Assembly (NCBI GenBank): GCA_951406725.2
Contig: OX597833.1
Location: 44,268,001-44,332,000, forward strand
Direction of reading: 5' to 3'
DNA: 64,000 nt
Source of the DNA: Octopus vulgaris
Lineage: Eukaryota
The notes under the pieces: model-generated
What the model was told of the DNA's origin: nothing
Databases searched by the model: none
Seen by the model: only the letters and a program-made list of their open reading frames with translations
Program-made: the position numbers and the translations under genes
Part shown: positions 1-12,370 of the stretch, one piece after another
How the letters are laid out: the number at the start of each line of letters is the position of its first letter
Position numbering within the stretch: position 1 is the stretch's first letter

Positions 1-843
1 GATTTTCGCAAGATCTGCAATGGCATGCTGCAGCACTTGACGAGGAATCATTAAAACAACAATTTAATGAATAGAGAGAGCGCCAATAAAATAGCTCTCA
101 GAAACAGATTACGTACAAATTCATTCTTTACAACTCCTGGGGCTGCTTTCAGATATGATCCATCCTATTCTTATAAAAATGATAATTTTGTCGAAATTGG
201 TTTGATAAACTGAAATCGTCGTTTCTGCAAAGCTTTAAAATTCCCAAATGAAACTAATGGCATGCGCTGTTCGGGCGGTAAAATAAAACTGTCGGCAATA
301 ACAGCTTCTCCTCAACCTCTTACTGATCTTCTGGAAGGCGCTTCCATCCAGTCAAAGGATTTTCCAAACAATATCAGATAATACAAATATGCATTTCAAA
401 TAACATCGTTTGATGCATTAAAGGAGATAGTTAAACATGGATTTACGCCGACGTTCAAAGTTCAAGGGCAAGTCTATCATCTCATTTCTTTCTACTACAT
501 TTCCTCCAAATTTACTTCGTGGGTGATGTTGGACAACAAACCCGAAGGAAGTGTCCAAACTTCAGACCACGGATCGTGTTAGACGCAGCGCCGACTGCTG
601 CAAAGGTGAGTATATCCACTGACAGCTTTTCGGTGCGTTCAAATCTTGCATAGCCCCCACCTCAATTTCCCATGACAGGTTAGGGCTTGGGATGCTCCAA
701 ACGGAGGCATAACATGTCACTTATTCGAGTGTTTTGTCGTCAATGCTGCACTTTCCCGAGTCACCTGTTTCAACATAACTGTAATTTATAAAAAAAAAAA
801 TATGCCATTTTGATCCCCGAGCAACGCCGGTTTTCTCTGCTAG
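1..843 (+). mobile_element. Helitron fragment: degenerate Rep/helicase N-terminal region plus 3' terminus
   Basis: ~140-486 translates to AFRYDP..VEIG..FCKALKFPNETNG..GGKIKL..PQPL..NIR*Y..FQITSF..GFTPTFKVQGQVYHLI, a Helitron_like_N pattern with stops. It ends in a GC-rich hairpin-like CCCGAGCAACGCCGG followed by CTAG|T at 840-844. Confidence 0.8.
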
Positions 844-1170
844 TAGTGTTTATAATTGCACAGGATGATGAGAGAAAGTGTTCACGTTCCTAAGAGTCTC
901 GTTTGGATTATGGTAAAGTGCATATAATCCTATATTTCAGGCTGATAGATCTAGAAAATTGGCTGATCTGTAATCTGTTCCCATTGGGAGTGATAGACCA
1001 AAATTTCCAAAGGATTTAAGCATTTTCCTATACCTTTCTAGTACCGCTACACTACACCTATCAACGGAAAAGTGTTTGTTGTTCATATATATACTTATCT
1101 TTCCTTAGGAAAAGCAGATTCTAGTTGGGAAAACAAGATAGACTCTATGTACCTATAGATGAAAATTTGT

Positions 1171-1176
1171 TTTATT
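1171..1176 (-). promoter_or_regulatory. Putative polyadenylation signal of Ig-GPI gene copy A
   Basis: Minus-strand AATAAA inside a block (TTTGTTTTATTATATCTATTTAGATG) conserved in all three gene copies, downstream of the stop codon. Confidence 0.5.
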
Positions 1177-1437
1177 ATATCTATTTAGATGTATGTGTAC
1201 GAGAGCATGTGTACACATATATTGCACACATACACACACACATTTATGTTTTCAATATCAGAATTCAATGAGTAGTAAATAGAGAAAGCACTCAATACAT
1301 AGTGTGGTGTTGAATATTTATTTCCAGGAATATGTGACATAACTGTGACTTGGAAGATTCGCTGAAGAGGTTCATCAGACAATATCCCATGAAAAAGAAA
1401 CCATTGCCAAATTAGAAAGATACTATATATGTGTGTA

Positions 1438-2282
1438 CGAGGTCTGATCAATAATTATCCGGACTGTTGCCATAGTAACGAAGCTTCAGCACACGGAATC
1501 AAGCCATTTGGATAAGATTGACTTGAACTCTGCTGTGCATACACAATAAGTTTTAACGTTCTAGCTCACTTCCGCTGTTTAAAGCAGTTCTTGGAAGGAA
1601 GGTGTGTAGCGTGTGATCGTTGCATTGACCATGAGAAAGTTGTCATGGTGATACATGCTCAGAGGCCTACACAAAGTTGCAAAAATGTGTATAGAGAGGA
1701 AAGTATGAGTTGCAGACAAGTGTCCGAGTGGTTCAGACGTTTCCAAGATGGCCGAAAGTATGTCGATATTGACAAACGTTCTGAGAGACCCGAAACCAGC
1801 AAAATTAAGAAATTGTCGAATCGCCATCCGTGAGATTTCAGAGGATGCGCAGACTAGTTACGGTTCAGTTCAGTCCATTATCACAGAAGATTTGGGTATG
1901 AGACGCGTGTCTGCCAAGGTTTTGCCAGAACTGCTTACAGCTGACCAAAATGACACTCGGGTTTCAGTTGCACAAGATCTTCTTGACTGTATAGAGAAAG
2001 ATGAAAACGTTTTGAAAACTTTGCATAGGCCTCTGGGCAGGTATCGCCAAGCTTTTGGCAAAATTTGATGCAGATTCTCTGTTCAACTTTCTGTCATGGG
2101 CAATGCGACGATCACGCGCTACACACCTTTCTTCGAACCACTACTGTACAGAGGACAAGTGAGCTAGAACGGTAAAACTTAGTGCGCATGCACAGCAGAG
2201 TTCAAGGTGGAGCTGTACTAAGCGGCTTTACTCTCCGTGGTTTATCTTTGTTACTATGGCAACATCCCAGATACTTATTGAT
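1438..2282 (+). mobile_element. Internally deleted mariner element with long (~140 bp) inverted ends
   Basis: TA|CGAGGTCTGATCAATAA left end. The inverted counterpart at ~2157-2282 is truncated. Transposase N-terminal fragments: SCRQVSEWFRRFQDGR, IREISE..SYGSVQSIITEDLGMRRVSAKVLPELLT. Confidence 0.85.
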
Positions 2283-2289
2283 GTATGTA

Positions 2290-2830
2290 TGTCATTATTC
2301 AGTATTATTTTAAGATTTCTTTCCAATAGAGAAAGAGCCGGTTTCTAATCTATATCCAAGACTCCTTCACTGGAATTTCAACATCAACCACAGGGTATCT
2401 TCGTATGTATGTATGTATGTATGTATGTATGTATGTATGTATGTATGTATGTATGTATGCGTGTATGTATGTATGCATAGGTGCAGATTTGTATGATTTG
2501 TCTTATGTATGACTTCACATGCATATTCTTGCATATCTAGACATGCTCATATGTACTTAAATGATAAACTTTTGGTAACTTTCACAGATTTTCACAGTTC
2601 CAGGTGATGGCTTGGATCGGTAGTCTTCGAATCAGATTTCCTCTTTCTTATTTTGAGGAGCCTACCTTCTCATGATTGACATTTAATCAGTGTGTTATAT
2701 ATCCCAGATCCCCAATAATTACAGGTATAGATCTGAACTTGTAATCTGGATAGAGTAACTACAGATTTCTCAATAGGTCAGTGTAGGTATTCTCTTTTTC
2801 GATGATCTTCAGCCTTATGTTAACATCAGC
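2290..2830 (-). mobile_element. 3' fragment of R4/Dong-like (REL-endonuclease) non-LTR retrotransposon, copy 1
   Basis: Reverse strand reads EKENTYTDLLRNL*LLYPDYKFRSIPVIIG..LIRRL.IQAIT, followed by a 3' UTR. Bounded by (TACA)n. Confidence 0.6.
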
Positions 2831-2919
2831 TGGACAGCTGTATGTATGTATGTATGTATGTATGTATGTATGTATGTATGTATGTATGTATGTGTGTATG
2901 TATGTATGTATACATGTAT

Positions 2920-3400
2920 GCTATTCAGTTTTAGTTCAAGATTTCTTGCTGATAAAGCAAGAGCCGGTTTCTAACCTAGATCAAAGACCCCTTCATTGGA
3001 ATTTCAACATCAACGACGGGGTATTTTTGTATGTGTATCTGTATATGTGCAGATTTGTATGTTTTGTTTTACGTATGTATTTTCATGCATATACTTGCAT
3101 ATCTAAACATGCTCATATATACTTAAATGATGAACTTCCGGAAATTTTTACAGTTCCAGTGATTGATTCGATTTGTAGACTTTGAATCACTTTCTCCTTT
3201 CTGGTTTTGAGAAGCCTAATTTCACAAGATTAATCATTTAGGCAGTGTGTTACATATCCCATTGCTCTGATAATTACAGGCATAAACCTAAATTTTCAAC
3301 CGGGATAGAGGAACTGCAGATTTTTCAACAGGTCTCCTTTTCACAGTATTCTCCTTTTCACAAATCTTTTCTATTATAGGGACAAAACCTGAAATTACCA
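2920..3400 (-). mobile_element. 3' fragment of the same R4/Dong-like family, copy 2
   Basis: Diverged direct repeat of 2290-2830 (GAGCCGGTTTCTAA..TGGAATTTCAACATCAAC..ATAATTACAGG), separated from it by (TATG)n. Confidence 0.6.
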
Positions 3401-3606
3401 CACAGCCACTCCTACGCCTATATGCTAGTCTGAACATTAAAGAAAGACGGTGACGACAACGATGAGTTTAAAAGAAAAAGCAAGGTAGTGAGAACAAACA
3501 AAATCAATAATATTTTATATAAGGATAACAAAATTACAGAAAAGAAAATTAAACGTATAAAGCTAACCAGCTTGTTTCTGTTTTGTTTTGTTTTTCCTCG
3601 AAATCC

Positions 3607-3683
3607 TTAACGATGTTTGCCAATGAAAAGCAGGAGTGCAGCAAGTGTTAAAAGTTTAGTAATATTTGCATTACACAATTTAT
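3607..3683 (-). CDS. Terminal exon (GPI-anchor-like signal) of Ig-domain gene copy A
   Basis: Acceptor ttttttctgtttattgcag. Phase 1 reads (D)KLCNANITKLLTLAALLLFIGKHR*. Homologous to the terminal exons of copies B and C. Confidence 0.7.
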
Positions 3684-4109
3684 CTGCAATAAACAGAAAA
3701 AAGTTCGGTACAAGACCAGATATATTAGGGGAAGGGAGAAAATCGATTCCATCAACCCTAGTACTCAACTGGTACTTATTTCATCGACCCCGAAGGGAGG
3801 AAAGGCAAATTTAACTTTGGTAGAATTCGAACTCAGATAGTAAAGTCCGGACGAAATGCCGCTAAACAATTATCCGGCGTGCTCACAATCCTGCCAGTTT
3901 GCTGCCTCAGAAAAGATAATCAAGGATATAGGGGATTTATACAAATATGAGTAAACAATAAATAAACAATAACAAGAAAGTAGAGCAAAATTCCACATTA
4001 AAAGGGAAATGCCACCCAGGGGCAATTAAGAATGAGTTGATTTGTTCGACTAAAGGCAGTGCTCCAGCATAGCCGCAGTCAGATGACTGGAACAAATAAA
4101 ATAATAAGA

Positions 4110-4174
<65 letters not shown>

Positions 4175-4200
4175 CATATATATATATACATATATCTATC

Positions 4201-5499
4201 TTGGATACTGTTCTACCCCAAATAACCCCTATTCTCCCCTTAAACCTATGGCTAAGTACCGATGAAGTTCTAAAATGGTTTAACTCTCTAACTAATACTA
4301 GTAGTCTGTCCTTTATTCAGTTCGATATTAATAGTTATTACTCTAGCATTTCCCCTATCTTACTCAACAAATCACTAATATTTGCCATGAATCGCTCCCT
4401 CATATCTAGAGAAGAAATCAATATTGTGCTACTAGCTAGGAAGACATTTATAGAATTTGAAGATAAATTATGGACTAGAGCAGATACACCAAATTTTTTT
4501 GATATACCAATGGGTTCCAGTGATTCGGCTGAGGTAACCAACCTAGTAGGCGCATATCTATTAAAATGCATAAGCAGGGATATCCCAGAATTACAGGGGG
4601 GTCTATATAGGGATGATGCTCTGTTTGTTATCCCTAGTAATAATAAATCTGTTATAGAAAGGATTAGAAAGAAAATTAATAAGTTCTTTAGGGATTTCAA
4701 CCTCAGTATAACGTATGAACCGGGCACTAAAATAGTTAATTTCCTAGATACTACGCTAGACCTTAACTCCAAATTACATTACCCATTTAGAAAGGAAGGT
4801 GAAATCACGAATTACATAAATAAATTATCAAATCATCCCCCAAATATTATAGAATCTCTAGTAAGAAATATTTCATTAAGAATTTCAAAATTATCATCCA
4901 ATAAGGATATTTTTAACTCCCATTCTGAGCATTATAATGCGGCGTTAGCTAAGGCTGGATACAACCAAAAGATTACATTCGTTGATAAGGGGAACTCACG
5001 TATTCCTAATAATGAAGTTATCAATAATCACGTAAGCAGCAATAAAGACCAAGCCCGAAATAAAAGTAGAATTAAACTAATGGTAAACACTAATATAGCG
5101 TATAGGCCCAACAATTCAAATAGAAACATTGACCAGAACATAGGTAACTCGGATAGTATTGAAGTAGATAAACCTAAGATACACACAAATAAAAATAAAA
5201 ATAATGGTAACAAATACAATAACTCCGGTGAGATGAATAGTAATAATTCTACGAACCCTAAATTTAATAAAAAAGATATATTATGGCTGAATATTCCGTT
5301 CAACTGTGCGATACAATCGGATATACAGAACAAATTCAAAGTGATTCTGGAAAGAAATTTCCCTATCTCTCATAGATATCATAGAATTATTTCTAGGAAA
5401 ACAGTTAGGATTTCTTATTCAACCCTCCCAAATATGTCCACTTTAATAGCTAAGATTAATAATAACAACATTAAACTAGCCAGGAAAGATAGAAATATA

Positions 5500-5530
<31 letters not shown>

Positions 5531-6408
5531 TCAGCATGAATACCAATAGCAATTGTAATAATACTACCAACAATAAAAGCAGCAATAGTAACTATCAAAA
5601 CATAGGTGAAATTAGTAACCACAGAATGACTAATAACATTAACATTAATAGTAATAATAGCAATGCCGATATTAGTAGAAGTAATAATGTTAATAATAGA
5701 AATAATAGAGATAGGGAAAATGGAGAAAATAAGGAGAATGAAAATATTAGTGATATCTATAACAACAATATGCAGCCGGATAAAAAGACTAGCAATAATA
5801 TTAACATTACCAATAATATAAGAAATCATGGTAGGACTTTAGATCTAAATAATGAATTAGAAGGATCAAGAAATAATAGCAACACTTTAGATATCAGAAC
5901 CAACTATAGAAATAATAATCAAAATAATAGGAACCTAAAACATCTACCCAAGAATAATCCAAAGCCTGAAGGTGTTCCTCCTGTGTGTAAATGTAGAATA
6001 AAATCAAAATGCCCGGCACCTGGTCTATGTGGAGAAAATAATGTAATCTATAAATGTACCATATCCACGGAGAATAACAAATATCATTACATTGGATGTA
6101 CAATAAATTTTTTAGCTAGAGTTAGAAATCACATCTCGACTTTTAAATTACGTCATAAAGCTGGTACCACCACACTTTCAAACAAAATCTGGGAACTCAA
6201 AAATAATAATAAAAATTATAACCTTAATTGGGAAATAGTTAGGAGAGCAATTCCGTATAAAAATAGTAGGGTTGGTTGCCAACTATGCTCCATGGAGACA
6301 TATGAAATTCTAAAGCATAGAAAGCATACAAACCTATTGAATAACCATATCGAGCTAGGTCAAGTCTGTGTCCACGCTAAATTAAAGACTTTAAAATATT
6401 TTAAATGA
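4201..6408 (+). CDS. Penelope-like RT-GIY-YIG polyprotein (N-terminally truncated; Naiad/Neptune-like CxC-linker type)
   Basis: [42 protein letters not shown] (RT/thumb). CKC-x5-CP-x2-GLC linker, NVIYKC..YHYIGCT..R...H, WEIV, CQLCSME, CVH (endonuclease). The TTG start is only the ORF-finder's choice. Confidence 0.9.
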
Positions 6409-7964
6409 TTAGAATATTTGTAACTAGATAGATTGATATAACCTGTTTTCTACTGGTATAGCACTGCTTTAAGTAGATAAATAAGAGTTCTCAAACTACA
6501 GTTATCTTTGTCCTATATCTGCATCAGTTTTTTGAGAACAGGGAAATGGATAGCACTTATTCGCTGCTTAATTGAGGCTTTATTTAATTTCAAACTCACA
6601 ACTTTTAAATTTTTTTAAATTCTTAATTTTAAATCTTAATTGTAATTTTTAATTTTAGTTCCCAACTTAATCTAATTTAGTTAGTATAACTCTAATTAAT
6701 TAGAATGAGTGGCTATAGACCCATAATTCTACTTCAAATTTAAATAAATGAGACTATTCCCTCGGTGATAATATGATTATCTTCATTATGATAGACAATC
6801 CCCTAACACCTTTTAAATGATCTTCTAAGACTTGACATGTATGAATAATAACGGCAACTCCTTAAGACAATAAAATGAATAAATTAAATAAGTAAATTTT
6901 AATGACTTTTTGATAAGATCATACCTAGTTTTCCCTAATGTATTTTCTGATGATTTTAGCATCTGACCCCGAAACCCCTAACTGTGTTATCTCTTTAGAT
7001 TCTCTTTAAATTCATAGCTGGTTTCAACAGCAATAAATTAGCTGTTTTAACTGGTCAAAGAATAATATTCTCCCCTAATTCCTAGATGCCTGTAAGCTAA
7101 AACCAGACTTGTCGTCTACTAATTCTTCCATATAAGTAGAATCTTTTTTTCTTTTTCTTTCTTCTTTCTTCTTTTTTCTTTTTTTCTTTTTTTCTTTTTC
7201 TTCTTTTTCTCTTTTTTTCCCTTCCTTCCCTATTTCTTTCTTTTTCTTTCTCTTTTCTCTTTTTCTTTTTCTTCTTCTTATCATCTTTTTCCTTTTCTCT
7301 TCTCTTTGAGTCCCCCTTTCCCCCCTCCCTTTTTTGCTCCCTCCTCTTTTATTTTCTCTCTATTTTATTTTCTCGCTTCTCTTCTATGCCCTTCCCTCTT
7401 CTATTCTATACAGCTCTAGTAAGCTCTTCAGCCTTAAAAATCAAATAGCTACAGCCTCTTGTAAATAGCAGTAATCTGATTAATGTGACAAATACCTATT
7501 CATATAGCAAGATTTGATACCTACCTCATTGTGTTCAACCATTGATAAATTTATCGCCGGTGAATATGAAATTCCTTGGAAATTTACACCTACACCATTG
7601 GAAATTGTGCATCTATACAAAGGATTAACTCACCCTCTCTGTAATGCTAATAAGCAGGAATTGAAACCCACCTCGTTATAATTGACAATGGATAAATTTG
7701 CTTTCTGTGAGTATGTAACCCCTCATCATATCTCTGGAAATTCATATGTGCACTGTGGATCGGGTCACCTTCTCTGTGATGCTATTAAGACTTTTTTGAA
7801 ATTCTGTGATGCTATTAAGACTTTTTTGAAATTCTGTAATAAGACTGTAAATCATCTTTAAGGAACTTTAATGAACTTTTGAAATCTGTTTATGTTATTT
7901 AATTATCTACATTACTTCATGAGTATAGCCTCAACCACTAGGATGTCTAGAGAACTCACATGTA

Positions 7965-8055
7965 TTTTAGCTGATGAGTACGGGACATGTTTATATGCTG
8001 TAATTTTTGCAACTTTTAATAAAACCTGTCCTTGTATGAAACGATCGTACTAAAA
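7965..8055 (+). ncRNA. Minimal type I hammerhead ribozyme
   Basis: Stem I UUUUAG/CUAAAA. Core CUGAUGA at 7971-7977. Stem II GUACGGGACA../..UGUCCUUGUAU. GAAA at 8038-8041, palindromic mini stem III CGAUCG, cleavage triplet GUA at 8047-8049. Confidence 0.85.
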
Positions 8056-8184
8056 ACCTATCCATTCTTGTTGCTTCATTCTCGCTCGTATATACATATA
8101 TATATATAACGGGAAGCTTTATGAAAATAGACAAAAGACGAAGGCGGGTTTACGGAAATAAACAAATACAAAATATACATATAT

Positions 8185-8290
<106 letters not shown>

Positions 8291-8835
8291 GTATATGTAT
8301 ATATATATATTAGACGGATATATAACTTTAAATATTCCATTATGGGAGTTAAAGTCGCTCAGTGTGTGTGTACATGTATATGTGATATGTGTGTCTGCAT
8401 GTGTCTGTGTCTGTGCATGTGTGTACGTGCATACATGCGTGAGTGGTGTATGTATGTATTTATAAAGGGTAACTCCGCTTTTCCGTACTTGTATGGGACC
8501 TTTCCACTATAATTCCCGCGTTCAGGAGCATTTTATTCACTCCATGGTATATGAAGTGTATTTGATAGTGCAGGGCTCTTACAGGTAGCAGATTCTTATG
8601 TCAGCTAAATGTATCTATAATCGTAAAAGGCAAATACCTAAACTTGGTTGCTCATAATGATATAGTTGTCAAGGTAACCGTATGTAGATGTACAAATTCA
8701 TTGGAAAATATAATTTAACCAGAAATATTGTTTCAGGAGATGCGGCATCAGTGCTAACTACGACACAAAAGAACAAGATTATGTTAAAGCGTTAACGAAG
8801 GTAACAAAAAAAAATAATAATAGTAACTTCTTTAC

Positions 8836-9138
8836 CTGCTGAGCCGATGAGTTTTGTGAGTGATACATCGTATACAATACATGAGATGCTTTTTTTGCCA
8901 ACGTCTCCCTCTTTTACAGTGTAATTATAAATTGACGCTGCCGGAATTAAACACTTCTCCCTTTGCGAAACATATACTTTATTCACATGTATTTTTATAC
9001 CACGCTGTGTTTTCCCAAGCCATACAAAGTCAGTATTACCAAAAGGTGAACCGACATATGCTATACATCTGAAGATCGATACCTTGTTCACTTTCATTGG
9101 TGGGTTAAGAACTTTCAGACTATGCATGTAAGGTTTCA
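8836..9138 (-). CDS. Ig domain 2 exon of gene copy A
   Basis: 303 nt, phase 1-1, acceptor ttcttttcag, donor gtaaag. Reads VKPYMHSLKVLNPPMKVNKVSIFRCIAYVGSPFGNTDFVW..KC..YNYTVKEGD..ISC. Same length and Cys/Trp pattern as copies B and C. Confidence 0.8.
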
Positions 9139-9598
9139 CTGAAAAGAAAAAGGAATAAAAATATGTAAATTGAGAGTGTAAGACCAAACCCCAATAGGAC
9201 AAACCTCCACCTAGGAGAAAACCCTCTTGGACAAAATTCCCTCGGTCAAAATGCCATTGGTCATATTTTTCGGTTATTTCTCGATTTTTTTCCCCCCGAT
9301 TTTCTTTGTTTCAGTCATTAGACTGTAGCAATGCTGGAGCAGCACCTTGAAGAATTTTTAGTTGAGCGTATCGACCGCAGAAATTCGTTTTCCTTCTTAC
9401 TTGTTGCAGTTACTAGACTGCAACCATGTGGGGGGACCACCTTGAAAAATTTTTAAACGACTGTATGAAACCCAGAATTTTTTTAAGCTTGGTCAAAACC
9501 ACCTCTGTGATATATTTCTTTTTTTTTTCTTTTCTGCTTGTCAAACCAGTAGACTGCAGCCATGCTGGGGCACTGCCTCGAAGATATTTTATCGAATA

Positions 9599-10060
9599 CT
9601 AGCAGTATCACCCGGCGTTGCTCGGGTTTGTAAGGGAAATAACTATATAAGCATTTTTAGAGAGTTACTTCCCTTATATAAACCGAGCAAAAAATACATT
9701 AAAAATGCGGAAAAATTATGGTAAATTTTTTTTTAAATCGTAGACTCATCGTAGACGCGCGCTAATACCCAGAAGGGCTCGATATGAATCACGACTATAA
9801 GATACCCGGTTTTCGTTAAACTGCACCGCAAAATGTGGGAGTAGTTACCATCAATTTTTCCCATTTTTAATGCATTTTTGGCATATATAAGGGAAGTAAC
9901 TCTCTAAAAATTTATTATTAAATCTCAGAACGTAAAAAGCTACAGTAACACCCCCTTTGTGGTTAGCCATATTGAGATGGCTATTATACTTTACATCTCT
10001 AAAAATGCTTATATAGTTATTTCCCTTACAAACCCGAGCAACGCCGGGCGATACTGCTAG
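9599..10060. mobile_element. Palindromic non-autonomous Helitron derivative with a 3' terminus at both ends
   Basis: ~65-bp near-perfect terminal inverted repeats, each ending in CCCGAGCAACGCCGGG-N-GATACTGCTAG. Flanked A|..|T. Confidence 0.75.
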
Positions 10061-10291
10061 TATAAAATACAATGTTGATACAAAACTAAAACGTTCAACA
10101 ACATTTTTACTGTTCATAAGACTGTTCCTTGTGAACTGCTGCTTCGAGTGTTGATCTGTCTAACTCTTTATTTAAGGCAGGGCAAAGGCTGTGTGGAGCC
10201 GAGTCAATAGTAATAACACCACAACAGAAGAATGTCACATTCGTGCACGTGTACATTTACTTACACATAAGTATGTGTATGTGTGTGTGTA

Positions 10292-10378
<87 letters not shown>

Positions 10379-10380
<2 letters not shown>

Positions 10381-10680
10381 GCGCAATGGCACAGTGGTTA
10401 GGGCAACGGACTCGCGGTCGTAGGAGCGCGGTTTCAATTGTCAGACCGGGCGTTGTGAGTGTTTATTGAGCGAAAAAAACCTGAAGCTCCACGAGGCTCC
10501 AGCTGTAGGTGGTGGCTGTACTCTTTCGCCACAACTTTCTCTCACTCTTTCATCTGTTGGCCCGCTCGCTTAGCCAGCGGGGTGGCGTCATTTGAAGGCT
10601 AAAACATTGCGAAGTGTATTATGACCAGCGATGTGTAGCAACATCTGATAGCCTGGTCGGTCACGGTGATCACGGTGATA
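10379..10680 (+). mobile_element. tRNA-derived SINE
   Basis: A-box-like TGGCACAGTGG and B-box-like GGTTTCAATT, with a GC-richer body between (GT)n and (TA/CA)n tracts. Confidence 0.65.
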
Positions 10681-11039
10681 TATACACACACACACATATA
10701 TATATATTTATATATCTGTGTGTGTGTGTGTGTGTGTGCGTATATGTGTGTGTGTTTGTGTGTGTGTGTGTGTGCGTGCGTGTGTGTGTGTGCGAGTGTG
10801 TGAATGGATTAGAACAGAATAATGTGTCAATTCTCTACAATTGTTTCCAAAAACTTTTCATATGATTACAGCAGACATTAACCGGTGCCTTACCATTTGA
10901 GTGCCTGAATCACTTGAATCCTGAGTTATTGTACACACATACATACATACATACATACATACATACATACATACATACATACATACATACATACATACAT
11001 ACATACATACATACATACATACATGCATACATGTATATA

Positions 11040-11530
11040 AATATATATTAATAAATAAAACATATGTATATATATATACATATATGTACGTACCTACCTC
11101 TACATGTATATATACACGCATATATGGGTAGAGGACACCAAAAAATGAGAAACGAAAACATAAGCACAAAACCAAAGAACTGGACATTTTTCTAAAATAA
11201 CAAATAAATAGAGTGCAGGACAAATAACACAAGGAAAATTCCCCTTCTTCAGTCGCCAAGGTTTCATCTACTCTGCGTTTCGAAGGTGAAGGCGATACGC
11301 ATCTTCGATAGAAACTTTCCTTCCTGCGAAAAGCAAATCAAATAAAATTTGAGATCTTTTTGCAGAGGGGTAAAAATGGTAACAAAAACAGGACAGTAAC
11401 GACAGTACAAAATATAAACAGTAAAAGACAAGACAAGGAGAATAACAAGACAAGAAGGGCTGTTAAGCCGAATGAAAAAAAGTATTACGAACGCTATTTC
11501 TGAGGACGGCGAACGCACGCATCTATTTCT
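11040..11530 (-). mobile_element. Penelope-terminus-like repeat, related to 34960-35480
   Basis: Reverse complement shares TTTTACCCCTCTGCAAAAGA, CCTTCGAAAC..CTGA(A/T)GAAGGGGAAT and GGTGTCCT with 35060-35480. Confidence 0.5.
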
Positions 11531-11625
11531 AAGTACGATTGTTCTCTATATATAAATATATATATATATACATACATACATATATATGTATACATATATA
11601 TATATATATATATATACATACTTAC

Positions 11626-11732
<107 letters not shown>

Positions 11733-11989
11733 GTATTAATACTAATAAATCTTAGGGTAGCAAAAAAACTTTGAAAAATTCCTAGCTACCAGTGATCTAG
11801 GGAGAAGAAAAAACTAGTCAATAGACTATATATTATTCATATTAGATACAGTGTACATTTAAACACATAAGAGATGGCTATAACAGGACATCTGACCTGC
11901 TAGATTTTGAAAATTTATAACATATAAACACGAGGCATTTGCTGATGACACGAGCATGAGAACAAATATTATGAATCAGATATTCTTGC

Positions 11990-12225
11990 GTGTGTGTGTG
12001 TGTGTGTGTGTGTTCTAAATATGTATATATAATGTATGTGCGTGTGTGTGTGTGTGTTCTATATATAAATATGTATATATAATGTATGTGTGTGTGTGTG
12101 TGTTCTATATATAAATATGTATATATAATGTATGTGTGTGTGTGTTCTATATATAAATATGTATATATAATGTATGTGTGTGTGTGTGTGTTCTATATAT
12201 AAATATGTATATATAATGTATATAT
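11990..12225. repeat. Compound minisatellite, ~45-bp unit x5
   Basis: Unit (GT)nTCTATATATAAATATGTATATATAATGTAT. Confidence 0.85.
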
Positions 12226-12370
12226 ACAAAGTGTATATATCTGTATTTATGTATATTAAACTTTTTCATACTTTTTCATAGTTATATATATTTTTAAACA
12301 AATTATAAATATAATTTAATAATTTTTATTTTCAATTTAAATAATTTAAAGTTTTCAATTTTATATTTTA

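Larger units (their letters stand above)
4195..8090 (+). mobile_element. Penelope-like retroelement (5'-truncated), inserted in (TA)n within an intron of gene copy A, antisense to it
   Basis: RT + GIY-YIG ORF, long 3' region with a terminal hammerhead motif, and (TA)n on both flanks. Confidence 0.9.

Noticed and set aside
6406-6408. Possible selenocysteine read-through of the Penelope-like ORF
   Set aside because: The TGA follows a complete endonuclease C-terminus (CVH..LKYFK), all expected Cys are ordinary codons, and no SECIS was recognised.
7075-7284. Lys/Arg-rich ORF
   Set aside because: Antisense reading of the polypyrimidine tract in the Penelope 3' region.
8720-8760. Possible micro-exon after Ig2 in copy A (and ~22030-22060 in B)
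   Set aside because: Acceptor-like sites exist, but the candidate exons end in phase 0, are not homologous between copies and would not join the phase-1 anchor exon without further unidentified exons.
11990-12225. Regular repeat array superficially like CRISPR
   Set aside because: The spacers are just variable (GT)n, the context is eukaryotic and there are no cas genes.
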